A DNA stretch of 64,000 nucleotides, from contig NC_092677.1 in assembly GCF_964355755.1 (NCBI RefSeq), positions 12,484,101 to 12,548,100 on the forward strand, read 5' to 3'. Shown piece by piece: positions 53,601 through 64,000 of the stretch. Source of the stretch: Antedon mediterranea (Eukaryota > Animalia > Echinodermata). How positions within the stretch are numbered: the first letter of the stretch is position 1; each line of letters begins with the position of its first letter. The notes below the pieces were generated by a model. It was not told where the DNA came from. It worked only from the letters and a program-made list of their open reading frames with translations, and did not search any database. The position numbers and the translations under genes were made by a program.

Positions 53601-56600
53601 CAGATTTATCTTGTTAGTACAGATTTCTTGACACAGAGAACATCGTAATAGTGCAGGTGGTTTGATGCTGTGTTGTGATAAAACATGTGCAGTAATACGT
53701 TGTTGATCGGTGCTGCTATATTTGCAGTACCTACAATTATAGATCTGGTTATTATTTGAATTTTGGTCTTCTAGTTCAGCCAACTGACTTGTAGTCTGAC
53801 TTTCGTCTGCAGAATCTTTTGCATCTATTCCTGTTGGAGAAGGTTTATCTTTCTTTGAAAGATCTAATGCTCCTTCAGCAGAAGATGGTGATGGAGGTGC
53901 AATTGCTGGTGACGGACTGTCATCATCCTGTTCCTTTCTAAGATGCTGCAAGGACTGAACATGCTGCATAAGATTCATTTTTCCCTTTGTAGAATAATTA
54001 CAAAGAGTGCAATGAAATCTTTTGGAAACTGAATTTACTGTGATATTCATTTGTTGAAGTCTTCGGAACAACTTCATATTTGATTCATGCCGGTAGTTAC
54101 CCGGTTGGGAATGTGCACTAAGTTTCTCCACACTGTATGTATAGAAGTCGCAGGCATTACAGCGTACTTGGGTGGGATTTCCAACATTCAGATACTTCAG
54201 CCGCCATTCATTTTGTTTTCCACCTTCTCTAATGTGGTTAAAAAGTTGTAGTTTTTGCATATGCTTGTCAGTCTTGGTATGTAACTGGAAATTTGCTTTA
54301 AGATGAGTGCTATAATTGCATAGAATGCACTGCTGGAGATCACCACCAATGACAAGACGCCAAAGATCTTCACAAGGTTGGTTACGATCTCGCTGTAAAT
54401 GTACCTGTAGCTCTTTTAGATCGTCTGTGCCAAATTTGTTACAGACAGAGCAATGATACTTGTTGAGAGGCTGGTTCTTTGATGGATCATCATCCTCAGC
54501 TGGTGACTCATCCATAAACTCCTCTTGTTGTGGTTGTTGTTGCGGTGGCATCATCTGCATTCCATTTACTAATGCAGCATATGCGGCAGGATCATATGCT
54601 GCAGAAGCATATTGAGCCATCAAGTTCTGCATATCAACTGCTGTACCATCAGGTGAGATCATTGGCATCAACTGTTGTGTCATATACGCAGCATATACCG
54701 ACTCTTCTGATTGGAATGGTCCAAATTTTGTCATCTCTCTTTGCATCTGAGAAACATTCTGTTGAATGGCTAGCATATTATGCATATGCTTCTCACTCGT
54801 CATATGAATTCGTAAATTCCTGGCAACATTTGTTTCATAATCACAAACATCACAGCGCCATGTTTGCTTCGGTTTTGGTTTGGCCCCTCCTGGTACATCA
54901 ATATTGGTCTGGAGGTATAAGTGATCACCACCATTTTGTAGTTCTTTAAGATTATTCAGATGCTTATCAGATTGATTATGAATACTCAAATTTCCTTTTG
55001 TAGTTGTTGAGTAGTTGCAAATGTCACATCGGTATGGCTTGTAGCCACAAGTGTATGTCTCACCCCTGGAGAGGCGAGGATGTGACTGATTGGTCTCGCA
55101 GTAAACACATTTGGTCTCAGATTCTGGGTGTTTTTCCTTCATGTGTGCTTCTAATGTTTGTTGATATTTATAATGCCAATTGCATTTCGGACATTTCAAT
55201 GTTTTACATGAATTCCTTGAATGCATCATGGTCATATGACCTCCAAGCGAACGTGAAGACCCTAGTACCATGTCACATTTCGGGCACTCAACGCTACTAC
55301 TCATTTGGTGTTCTCCCTCTGATGTGCACAGATGACCATCCGAATCTGGGTTAGAAGTGACAGACATGGGACTCTCGGTGAATACAAAATTGCTGGTTCC
55401 TTCACAACTATCTGGTCTATTGTCTTTTGGGGTTGATTCTCGTCGAGTAAGAGCACCATCTTTAGTTTCATCGCTTGCACCGTCTGCAGAATTTATATCA
55501 TTAGCATTGCTTGTAGGTACCTTGAAATCACACACTTTTTCACTTTCTTGTTCTGCCTTTAAGGCACACTGTTCTGCACGAGTCCTATCTGAGGAGTTAC
55601 CCTTAGATGAGGCACATTTTATTTCAGATTCAGTAGAATTACAGACAGGTGTATTAGAATCAGCACCTGGTGAGGCATCATTGTCCTCATAGTGTTCATC
55701 ACTAATGTTCTCAGTACTGTTTCTATCATTCTCTTCCTGACGATCATTACATGGTTTGATGACCTTTGACATGTTTGATGTTGTTGGGTAATCATAATTC
55801 ATTGTTTGAATCGGGAAAAGTGATGGAAAGAAGTTACTTTCAGAATGTGGCTTGGAGCTATTTATCCATGGTGCTGGGTTTTCGGTGGACTTTAGTTCTA
55901 GGAATGATAGAAGTGCGGATTTATCCTTTCCGTGGCCTTGTATAATGGCTGACTGGCTTTTTCGTGACATTACTTTACGCTCTAGCTCATTCAGTTCCAG
56001 TATATGTTCGCTTGTAGCGTGCATAAGGAATGATTTGGAATTGCCAAACGAGAGTTTACATAAAAAGCACATTAAAATCGGTTTTCCGTGTCCTTCCAAT
56101 GTTTCATCTTGGTGGTTTAAATCGCAATTGTCTTTTTTACTGTCACCATTTTCCGAACAGTTTTGTCGCATGTCATAAACTCGAAAACTGTGAACAACTG
56201 GATTGGAGTACTGCTTTGTCAAATCAGCCTCAAACTGCGCAAATCTTTTTGCCGTCATATACGCAGGTATATGTAATGCATTGACAATCTGAGGACTAGA
56301 GGTATGGTTTGCATTTTTACCGTCAGACTCATTGTCCAGAAAATTGTCATTATCAAGCAACTCAGAATTATCAATGAGAAATGCAGAGCCATCAGGTCGG
56401 TAAACAATTTCACCTTCAAAATTTTCAATATCGCTAACATCGCTTCCATCCCAACTAACAATCTCATCAGGTTGAGACTGGACTCCGTAATCATTGCAAG
56501 GAGTCTCGCAATCGACGTCCTGCTCAGACAATTCTTCCATTTTGATAACATTGGCAGCAATTTTAGTACTGGAATTTTCCTTCCTGGCTTTCAGAATGGC

Positions 56601-56765
56601 TCCATTTTGAAGTGGATTCTGCGACAGTCCAAATGCTGTGTGATTAAGCTGTTTGTCTTTCAAGTCATTGTGCTTTGTAAGTCCACCATTGGGTAAAGGT
56701 TGGTAAGAAGTGGCAATGGCTGCTAGTGTATTCGTCTCGGACATCATTCTGTCTACTTGTACCAT
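47643..56765 (-). CDS. ZFHX: Zinc finger homeobox protein ZFHX3/ZFHX4-like (ATBF1/zfh-2 family), 3040 aa
   Basis: Four homeodomains (KHWFRNTLFKERQR ~51078-51257; WFQNARQKARK ~50535-50711; WFQNTRARERK ~49476-49655; WFQNARAKEKK ~48747-48926); many C2H2/U1-like fingers; family motifs FEGEIVYRPDGSAF and HSRNSCKTLKCPKCNWHYKYQQTLEAHMKEKHPE. Confidence 0.97.
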   Translation of the reverse strand: MVQVDRMMSETNTLAAIATSYQPLPNGGLTKHNDLKDKQLNHTAFGLSQNPLQNGAILKARKENSSTKIAANVIKMEELSEQDVDCETPCNDYGVQSQPDEIVSWDGSDVSDIENFEGEIVYRPDGSAFLIDNSELLDNDNFLDNESDGKNANHTSSPQIVNALHIPAYMTAKRFAQFEADLTKQYSNPVVHSFRVYDMRQNCSENGDSKKDNCDLNHQDETLEGHGKPILMCFLCKLSFGNSKSFLMHATSEHILELNELERKVMSRKSQSAIIQGHGKDKSALLSFLELKSTENPAPWINSSKPHSESNFFPSLFPIQTMNYDYPTTSNMSKVIKPCNDRQEENDRNSTENISDEHYEDNDASPGADSNTPVCNSTESEIKCASSKGNSSDRTRAEQCALKAEQESEKVCDFKVPTSNANDINSADGASDETKDGALTRRESTPKDNRPDSCEGTSNFVFTESPMSVTSNPDSDGHLCTSEGEHQMSSSVECPKCDMVLGSSRSLGGHMTMMHSRNSCKTLKCPKCNWHYKYQQTLEAHMKEKHPESETKCVYCETNQSHPRLSRGETYTCGYKPYRCDICNYSTTTKGNLSIHNQSDKHLNNLKELQNGGDHLYLQTNIDVPGGAKPKPKQTWRCDVCDYETNVARNLRIHMTSEKHMHNMLAIQQNVSQMQREMTKFGPFQSEESVYAAYMTQQLMPMISPDGTAVDMQNLMAQYASAAYDPAAYAALVNGMQMMPPQQQPQQEEFMDESPAEDDDPSKNQPLNKYHCSVCNKFGTDDLKELQVHLQRDRNQPCEDLWRLVIGGDLQQCILCNYSTHLKANFQLHTKTDKHMQKLQLFNHIREGGKQNEWRLKYLNVGNPTQVRCNACDFYTYSVEKLSAHSQPGNYRHESNMKLFRRLQQMNITVNSVSKRFHCTLCNYSTKGKMNLMQHVQSLQHLRKEQDDDSPSPAIAPPSPSSAEGALDLSKKDKPSPTGIDAKDSADESQTTSQLAELEDQNSNNNQIYNCRYCKYSSTDQQRITAHVLSQHSIKPPALLRCSLCQEICTNKINLEVHLMESHSVSRECIQRLISALDFGSQSGSATPVSQPQTLPETAATESIERPPSNSRDSPCYEDSGDTYRCQKCHLKFANIDLLYDHQNDTCPLTEQETPGGPGFLCWKKGCNQYFKSASVLQMHFKEIHAKKHQLQQNYKFYCSQCNQSFPTEERLELHAQQHLLKEATICSICQQNFHTLGALRRHLENDHLELSKGDLLKFVNAISDTEKFSNSLEEAPEPEVDENAPESPKMEGSSSIDSIFASWNEAAEKPTDESYTDPVKKFKCHRCHYGFRLQSELSSHNKTLLHRRGDRIPYTLPVVDKFNNPNRPFKCDVCRESFTQKSILLVHLNSVSHLHKLNKTLCTDVVDMEQMPELQQDKPYKCEVCKVAYSQSTTLDIHMRSVLHKRNTTKAENRASINNNEQTIQAQNLELQSKPPNQQSNAEKAMEKMQKRLEAEQEKVREAEEKADLMYHQDMQHTLHQLHHQSTKDDLRGASMAHFADAQAQAMANMAAAMMLHNPLLPQQNLYGCDKCTSVFVSQEALQKHQETSCYATAEEEEEPEPLSPSQLSQKMMDPTLMLRRRRSAIQRRLLEGYGYDLVQQFNECAQGLPSSIAEKDKFSCLDCKKEFSSIWVYKAHVEEVHKSLLPSDDVEMYSNDYRQEEYALALAAENESKPKAEQITVKIEKDTDKPNGTGQPLPGITPQQLNLKDQALQKQASQSQQEQSQHLQAQMTAQALSAQALASQQMFMANSFPFGMVPPMQAMLPGVQAVYPVPSMPHMQPLQYLDPNYMQKSPKRARTRISDDQLKILRAYFDINNSPSEDQIQEMSQKSCLPHKVIKHWFRNTLFKERQRNKDSPYNFNNPPTTSLLDPPESPILKQEMKPLALTTELNLLPSSSYMPISMKRPTSESMSFAPPPHTPSSRSTIHSTTSESMSPATSPTLMSPILTSPTFTSPLTSPCAASTSTPQSPSASSGSRRAGRTRFTDYQVKILQDFFESNAYPKDDDLEHLSRMLNLSPRVIVVWFQNARQKARKVFENQPAPEGEGDGDGVRYKRTPGLNYQCNKCFLVFQRFYELIRHQKSQCFKEDSGMESASENSPSGQDLSTHKTSNKRHASSSSVASDILTPKEKLPKLNSELRESREGREPRDSSRDAKECNRDTRDSSRDARDGSRDGRDSSRDTRDSSLDARDGSRDARDSSRDARDGIKTEDKSSRSSSSGPVVHYQCEKCSMVFPHFEQWQEHQQVHMMGMNLFGGYMQSQLPYNMMYMPYEQGMTPEQYFNYVTGKELAAKSPSKRKHSEASDEASGSTSSEPSTELNSSSADQPRDKRLRTTISAAQLDILYSKFQEDSNPTRRMLDMISKEVGLKKRVVQVWFQNTRARERKGQFRMSAPNNIHRRCPFCKALFKLKSALEGHIKIHHSDQQLTPGAIDSILAQSPSQISPSGMNDGEQAMNLSMHKSTSRYDDVSDDGSKYDIKDKGESVSLSSKYEGLVLKTNGSFEGDEDIEYTMDDDDLATVATKDSDLMSPGGSMLGDEIIETTPSEAGSVERSEDSISFADETDSQKSKDFSKRYRTQISPSQLKVLKYCYGDYRTPTMHECELLGREIGLPKRVVQVWFQNARAKEKKIKTNFTKQIGLMGSGENEGSCKLCNVKYSLNVSVRDHIFTELHIRNIRRKISKEAPETEAYAGEGSLTDHASQSMLANHQAALMHQSMMSPMAAAQMQAMQQAMSAQMMSPQIQQQMLLAAQNEAVSKIKKESGADEKDESRSPKPSTAGEAAAVAAQMNMAVARNDAALVQYLYGSFAPYYAQMPFMYPAMYAMGGNEAFYPYDPSTMQGAIPPQLLQSYGGLAAAQGGQSSSPKPEKTASKPSSSASTSSATLPSTKSEKFSKDKEGLILRPKSSTNRYLCKKCERVFTDRDSVTSHQVTACYMGQVVNVEQTVEKLPSNRFLCQACPREALITEDDALKHLESSVHKKHVEHYVKTKIATTVKVKSE
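50022..50225 (-). repeat. Coding 21-bp (7-aa RDSSRDA) tandem repeat within ZFHX
   Basis: RDSSRDAKECNRDTRDSSRDARDGSRDGRDSSRDTRDSSLDARDGSRDARDSSRDARDG. Confidence 0.85.
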
Positions 56766-56801
56766 CCACTGACATTGCTACTATTCGTAAAATTTCTTTA
56801 T

Positions 56802-56825
56802 CTGTAAGATATAAATAAAAATATA
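56802..56825 (-). other. Splice acceptor for the ZFHX coding exon
   Basis: Minus strand ttttatttatatcttacag| lies 36 nt upstream of the ATG; in-frame TAG TAG before the ATG implies upstream non-coding exon(s). Confidence 0.7.
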
Positions 56826-58217
56826 TTAAGTACAGTAAAGATATATTACAATTTATCGTAGACACAAAATACCAGCATAGTCAATAGGGAATCCAGTCAA
56901 TACTATATAAGATTCCAAAATGTTTATGCACTGTATATCATTTTTATCTATTACCTACAATCACAGGTCTATTGCAATGTGTCTATATGCACTATTACAG
57001 GATTTCTAGGTGTTACTGTATAAATGTGTTGGCAAAGATAAAGCAAAAACAAAGATTTTAAGACAGGCAAACAGCTGAAGAGTGTCCATCCCGAACCAGG
57101 ACAGGATGTAAGCAAATGCTGATTACAAGGCCTAGCTTTTTTAGACTCGATACATTTTGACCAATGCCTGTGGGGGAAACACTCGCAGTTGGCTAATCAT
57201 TAAGTGTAATTAATGATACAGTTGTTGTCACATGTAAAAACGACGAGTTGTCTGTCATCTCTGATTATCGCAAACAAAAATCTGACAGTAAGACAACATT
57301 CACATTCACAAGTTCATGTCTTGATCAGTAAAAACAGACATAACAAGCATGACTGTTAAATTGCAATTAAAATCAATAAAAGCAAAATATGCTTTGAGTT
57401 TTTGTTTCAACAAAAAGATAATTTTCTATAGATGCTATAGATCTATTTTTTTTAACGAGGGCCAAATATTGATAAAAATTAAAAAGTAAAATGGCATAAT
57501 TATCATTAATTGTTTGTGTATTTTGTGTTATGGTTAATGAGAAACATGGTTTTTATAATAGCTGGCCTTTTATTATTCTTCTATCAACACAGAAAGGAAC
57601 AAAACATATAAAAAAAAAGATGTTATATAAATATAATAATATAAAGTAATCGTACTTCTTGAAAAATGAACATTGAATGAGCAGCAATGTGGGACCAAAA
57701 AGTGCAATAAAATAATTTGTTAAATTAATGAAAGAATTCTTTACAATTGTTTTTATAGTAGTGATTTATAAAACAAACATTGTTCTTCTACCAACAAATC
57801 AATTGTATGTACCTAGAATCAAACAATTTCTATATATTTTTTGTTTGAAATTACAAATTTCATTTTAAATAAAATACATGTAGATGTAGAGGTATAGTAA
57901 ATATGTTCCAAATTTACTAATAGCTTTCTTGATGGCCAAAAGCACTAAACATATATTAGCAATGCAAACTTAAGATGAGAAATATTCAATTCTCTTTAAA
58001 CAGCAGCTATTTTTAAGTGTATCTGTTAATTAGGATCATTATTTCAATATAACAGAACATTAAAAGCCTGGCCTAGCATTTTCTTCAAATATGCTTCTAA
58101 TAGTGGCCGTGTAAATTTCCATGATTGAAGTTGTTCTAAATAAGAATCAAACCATGATACAATAATTAACACAACAATATATTCTTTTATCAACCCAAGG
58201 TAAAATTACCGAAAATG

Positions 58218-58399
58218 CTGTGGGTATCAGTGACTGGATCTCAATGGAGATACAAATAAAATAAGCACTGAAAAATGACAATACTGTGGGTATCAGTGAC
58301 TGGATCTCAATGGAGATACAAATAAAATAAGCACTGAAAAATGACAATACTGTGGGTATCAGTGACTGGATCTCAATGAAGATAGAAATAAAATAAGCA
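58218..58399. repeat. 66-bp tandem repeat x~2.8
   Basis: ctgtgggtatcagtgactggatctcaatg starts at 58218, 58284 and 58350. Confidence 0.92.
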
Positions 58400-60933
58400 A
58401 AAAGCTAAATGAAATTAAAGGTTAAAGCAAAGTAATTCTAAGCTTTCAGAAAACACTATTCAGGGCTGTTCTTTGTAGTTTAAATTTAAATTGTAGTAAT
58501 ACACAGTAATAAAGCCATGTACTTCAGAAACTAGTAATGTCTAAGGTTTTAAGTACAAACTTCCGACTAAGAAATCATCCATTGTTTTGCAAAATAAAAC
58601 AACAGAAACTGGTTTGCATTTTGTACAGCTTGACATACTGTACAAGCTTGATGTACCCAATTCCTAATTAGTAGAATAACACAACAAATAGTATAACATA
58701 GATCTCAATTTATGTCTGTAACCATATAAGGACATCATGAATGTTTTTTTTACTAATTAGCAACAAACAAAGATTAATCTAAACCTTCTACACATAATTA
58801 AATTCAATTCAGCCTTTTGTCTACTACTATTTACTGGCATACCAGCTACTTACTTACAGAAGTTCATACAACTTTTTATATAACTACATTACATTAATAT
58901 AGCATTGTTTTGACATAGACAAAGGGAATCTTTAAAACATATGGTTTAATATAGTACAAATATATATTTAAACTTTGAGAGGGCAACCAATCTGACTATG
59001 CTGTCATTTTAAAAGATAATCATACAGTTTAAATTTATGTGAAAATATATTTTCTAGTCAGTAGGATTGGTCTCACTTCATTCATTTTAAGATATTTTAT
59101 ATCAAATTAATTCTAAAACAATCAAAATATTAATAGAAATGCATGTAAACATTTGTTGAATTTTTATACTTACATTCTATAATCAATTTATGATACAATA
59201 CACTCTTTTGAATGATAATTAGGTTTCATAGATCATCATAAATATAATGTGAATGTGTAGGTAGTCCTCTGTACAATAAACCTAGTACATTTATAATTCA
59301 CAACTTTCAACCCCATTTATACCAAGATACATAATTCTATGTATACTATTCAAAATCCAAAGAAAATGCCTACAAATATTTTTAAAATATCAGAACACCA
59401 CATCTTATCTTTGAATGCTGCCAACCACAAATGTTAATATCCTACCGGTTAATGAAAAGATTACAATCAAATTTATCTCCATCTGACCCTTCCGGAATAT
59501 AATCAAAATAGGCGAGCAGAATATGATGCAGTATCCATGGTAACAAATAACCGCTAGTTGACCTGACAATAAATGGGAAGACGCCAGGTATCCAAACACC
59601 TTCCTAGCTGTCCAAAGAACGAATGAAGAAATTGAGTAACATCATTAGACAATCTTCCATATTACAAACGCTGATTAGAGGCCACAGATTGGTTGTCTTA
59701 AACATTTATAAGGATCCCTTAATTGATTCGCAAGGTCTATTCAACGAGAGTGAATCGTCATACGCCACATCTATTGTGTGAAGTCTAACAATTACGGGCA
59801 GTACCTTCCATCGTGCCTCACTATCTGTATTATAATGAAGAGCATGAAACAAAAGGCAGACGAGTGTACGCAGGCTGCCGTGCATAAGACCATACAGTCA
59901 AGGGGTAAGAAAGGCTACATCGCAGAACAATAGAACCCATCTGTCCTTTGAATTTCACTTTAATAATAAGCCTTTGACTAATACAGTCTGGAAATCTGTA
60001 TTTTGTATAGATGGTAGTTTGTAGTAGTGCAGGTAAATACTCCTTTAAGTTACCTCCTTAGGAAGATATTACTTTTAGAGATTACCTCGACATACATCCA
60101 ATATGAGCTAATATTATTATCAATGTGTTAAGGTCTTCATTTGCATTTTAATGGCCGAGTACTTCCTTCAAATTGCTTACGTTCACTAGACCATTCGTGT
60201 AATTAAGGTGTTATGCTAATCGCTAATGAGTAAATGCGTCTTAAAACTGTATGCAAGCAAATGTGTGAAAGCAATTCCATATAAGGACATTAAGTAGGCA
60301 ATTAACAAGGCAACACATTATGTACGTTCCTACTTCGCGAAAAAGTTTACCATTTCATTTGGCAAAATTGAATCTTTGCCAAAAGATAAGATAAGATGTT
60401 TTTAATCGTATTTCCAAGGCCATTGCAGTAGTTTTAATCCCGTTTTGTGAACTGCAATAATCACTAGGTTAGGCCGAGTTTGACAAGGGAATCATCATGA
60501 TTATCAGCAGTAGAAACAGCATCAAACATCTATAAGGTCAAGGTAATATAGATACCTAGTCTGGGCTTAATAAAGAATCATAAGAATTAGTTCTACAACA
60601 GTTAATACAAGCAGTTTCGCCCACGGATTATATTACCTCATTATATGATTATCATTTCTTTGTTTTATGATATGCATGTAATGACAAAAATATTTTCTAC
60701 ATTTAAAAAAAGTATATTTGATATATACTAGTATATTTGATATACTGGTATATTTAAAACATCAAAACAATTAAATATTTTTTTGTAAACAGAAAGAAAA
60801 AGCACAGATGAGCAGCTACAATTCAGTGTATAATTATAATTGTTTCATATATTATAAATTGTTTTATTCATCAAATACTTGTTGAATTATTATATAATAG
60901 TATATTCCTATTGGTTAGAAACATTGATAGTTA

Positions 60934-60973
60934 TTGCAACCATGGAGGTATTTTTATACCTCCATGTTGCAAC
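60934..60973. mobile_element. Transposon footprint or mini-element: 26-bp palindrome with 7-bp direct repeats
   Basis: ttgcaac[catggaggta-ttttta-tacctccatg]ttgcaac. Confidence 0.7.
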
Positions 60974-61437
60974 TTAGTAAATTTAAATATTAATATAATA
61001 TAATATAAACTGTATTATAACACATAACTTGATGAATAATAATCTTTGTTGGAAAATGACACCTTTATATCGGTAGTCCACTCAGCATTTTATTAATTTA
61101 TTATATAATGGTCAAGACATTTCTAAAAACATCAAGAACCTTATTAAAGTATATTCCATTCTACTAGTGTAATTTTAGCGATAGGTATTGCACAGACAAT
61201 AATTAATGATCAACCATTATCATCATTAGATTGAAGGTAATTTAATTAACATCTAAAATATTCATCAATTGTAATCATCCTGGGCTGTTAATTAAATTCC
61301 CTGTTGGGTCAATAGCAGACATAAATGACAACAACACTGACCAGTCCGAACCAATTAAATAAGACCTTGATACAGTTAGTTTAGTGACCAATAGATTATT
61401 TTGTCAATAAACTGACCACTTCTGTGTTCTGAAACAT

Positions 61438-61633
61438 CATTGGCCAATGGTGTAATTGTGACTGGCCAAGCATGACCTGGGTAAAAATAGAGATTCTGTG
61501 TTTATTTAGGTTCTATTGGTCAATGTGTAATTGGAATTGTTCAAGCATGACCTGATAACCCAAAATAGAGATTCAGTGTTGTTCTGGATTCTATTGGTCA
61601 ACAGTTAATTGGGACTGGTCAAGCATGACCTAG
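61438..61633. repeat. Degenerate ~75-78-bp tandem repeat x3
   Basis: attggycaa...taatt...caagcatgacct recurs (caagcatgacct at 61467, 61542, 61620). Confidence 0.7.
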
Positions 61634-64000
61634 ATCAGATAAAGATTTTATCTAATAAAGTGATTGTTTGGATTCAATATGATTGATTGATATATATTTA
61701 ATTGACAGAAGCTTGAGAACGATATCAACTAAGATAGGTGCTTATCAATTTCATACTGATTTAGTAAACAAAATAATGGGCTTTTAAAAATGACTGTTAA
61801 TCCTAATGCTACCTTATTTTACCTCATTGCTCTCTTTTTTGTTATAAATATTAGCTATAGACCCTCAGGGTCAGGGCCTATCTCAGCATTTAAACCTTTA
61901 CTTCCTATGTACGTCAGACACCATTAAGGTGTTCACACTTGTACAAAGCTAGCAGCTTGACCTAAAAAGCCCTCTTAGGCTAGCAACTTGGCCAGTGACT
62001 TGCCTGCAGCTGTCCTAGGATATGCAGCACCCTGGTCAGGGAATGCAGGCTGCCCGCAGAGATGTTAACCGTTCACCCGACATTGATACAAGCCTAGAGG
62101 AAATGGAGAATAGTTTCACAGCATCGCACGTACCATCCATGGAGCGACGATTCAGTTGCTCTTCTGAAATGCCAGTATGTTTAAGCACCTGGTTTGTTAC
62201 GGTACAAATTTAGCGCACAACACGATATTATCTCAAACCAAGCGTGCCAACACGTCATACTGCCCCCAGTGTTGGGCATTAAGTAAATACGGCCATTAAT
62301 ATATACTTCTTGGAGTTTGTCATTATCTATACCTTTATCTGGTCATACAACTGACAATTCTATCACAATAGGGGCCTATTATAACCCACAGATGAAGTGC
62401 AATGAAGATTGTCACATAGTAAAGCTGTATGTACAAAAATAGCCTTCTAAATATAACACTACAAGCTTTGGCTTTGACTCAAAGTGGCTGCATTTGGAAA
62501 ACCCATTCACAGAAAACAGATGCATTGACTGGCTATATTATTGGTATATTTCATATATAATTTAAACAAAAATTTAGTTTCATCTCTTTTGAGCATTTAA
62601 ATAATTATGGTTAAACAACCATTATTTAATCATTACAATACGATTGTAAAAAAAAAATTTGAAAAGTGTGAGTGAAGATATTTAACATGTTAATTTGGCC
62701 AAATTGGACACTATTATGTTTTTCCAAAGCATTTTGATAATCATTCCGATTTTTTCGTCATGTTGAAAAAATTTCACTTGCTTCCTGATATTAAATACAA
62801 ATTTCAAATATCATCAAACATTAATTTAAACAATACCGTGTAACAAAAGATTATATTACTGTACTACAAAATATTTCTAATTATTTCAGTACCCGTTGGT
62901 TTAATAACCATACAATTTTATACATAAATTAAATTAATTATGAAGCATTTTGAACCCAGGCAGATTACAAAAGAATAGTCTTGTAACAATATTTGCATAA
63001 ATTAAATCCAGATCAATACAATAATGTAAATATGGAATAATAATTAGACAGGAAGCTTTATATGAATTTGTCAACATTACTACTGAAGTTACTGCAGTAA
63101 TGTAAAACAAACCAATGGGAATATTTTATAATCTAAATTTCAAAATGCTATTAACCATCAGTCAGTCTGTCCATCAGTCTGTCTGTCCATCCATCAATCA
63201 ATCCGTTAATAAACCCATCAATCAAAAGTCCATTATCGTTATCAATTTGGATCACAAAATTTGGAAAAGACAGAACTATTAAAGCAATTTAGAGGCGTAC
63301 CCAGAATTTGAAAGGATAAAGTGCTTACTAATAATACCACACTTACAATGATTGGTGTATTTAAAGTACAGATGATTTTCTGTAAAAATTTCTGAAGCAA
63401 TATGATTTGAGCGTAATTTAAATTTTAACTGCTGCTGTAAAACTAAATATAAAATTTTGGGTCGACAGTCAAAATACAGTGGGTGATCTACACATATAGA
63501 ATAACATTTATTTTAAATAATTCAATATTAAATTAAGCACGCCATAAATTAAAACATGTTTTTGCTAACTGCACAAACTAAGTATGATTCCATTTTGTTT
63601 GATTGCTAGTAGACCATAAACAATGTGTTTCTTTTAGGCCAGGACGTTATCAGTAAGCTATGAGGTACGTTGTCGAAACTATGAATGGTCTAATTTTAAG
63701 CACAGCCATGGATAAAGCTTCAATAGAGGAAGTGAATAATTTGTCAATATGCTTGCTTAGAAAACCTGATTTGCTTTATCTTCAATCTTATGCTTAACAA
63801 GGTTCCATCAACACAAGTGACAAGTAATCGGTCATGTGCCTGCCGACACAAATCACAGGTTCTAGTCTCTATTTTATCTGGTGGATAAGCGGGTTTCCAG
63901 TCAAAGCACCTGGCCTCATAATCCAAGGATCAGAAGTTCTAGTCCGATGACACATTATTTTATAATATGGTGGTTTTAATAAAAAAAATGAATCCCTAGC

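Noticed and set aside
47604-56696. Many short ORFs antisense or out-of-frame to ZFHX
   Set aside because: Expected shadow ORFs of a long coding exon; none recognisable
60864-61039. Larger inverted repeat ttattcatcaa/ttgatgaataa around the footprint
   Set aside because: Only 11 AT-rich bp; may be an old MITE but support is insufficient

Overview
AT-rich animal genomic DNA with spliceosomal GT-AG introns. It is probably from an invertebrate deuterostome such as an echinoderm; this is inferred from gene and SINE content, not proven. Three main parts: (1) 1-~13 kb, the last 11 reconstructable coding exons of a + strand spectrin-DH-PH RhoGEF of the PLEKHG4/PLEKHG4B (puratrophin-1/ARHGEF40) family; (2) ~15.3-29.8 kb, a ~14.5-kb composite satellite made of two interleaved hairpin-forming repeat families with multi-level higher-order structure, next to a HINE/DINE-1-like element; (3) 47.6-56.8 kb, a convergently oriented ZFHX3/4-like zinc-finger homeobox gene whose whole 3040-aa CDS (4 homeodomains) lies in one exon. 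The remainder is intergenic or intronic, with tRNA-derived SINEs, MITEs, mini- and microsatellites, a P-element-like footprint and candidate regulatory motifs. No prokaryotic-type systems, rRNA, tRNA or CRISPR are supported. Repeat and domain boundaries were read by eye and are approximate.
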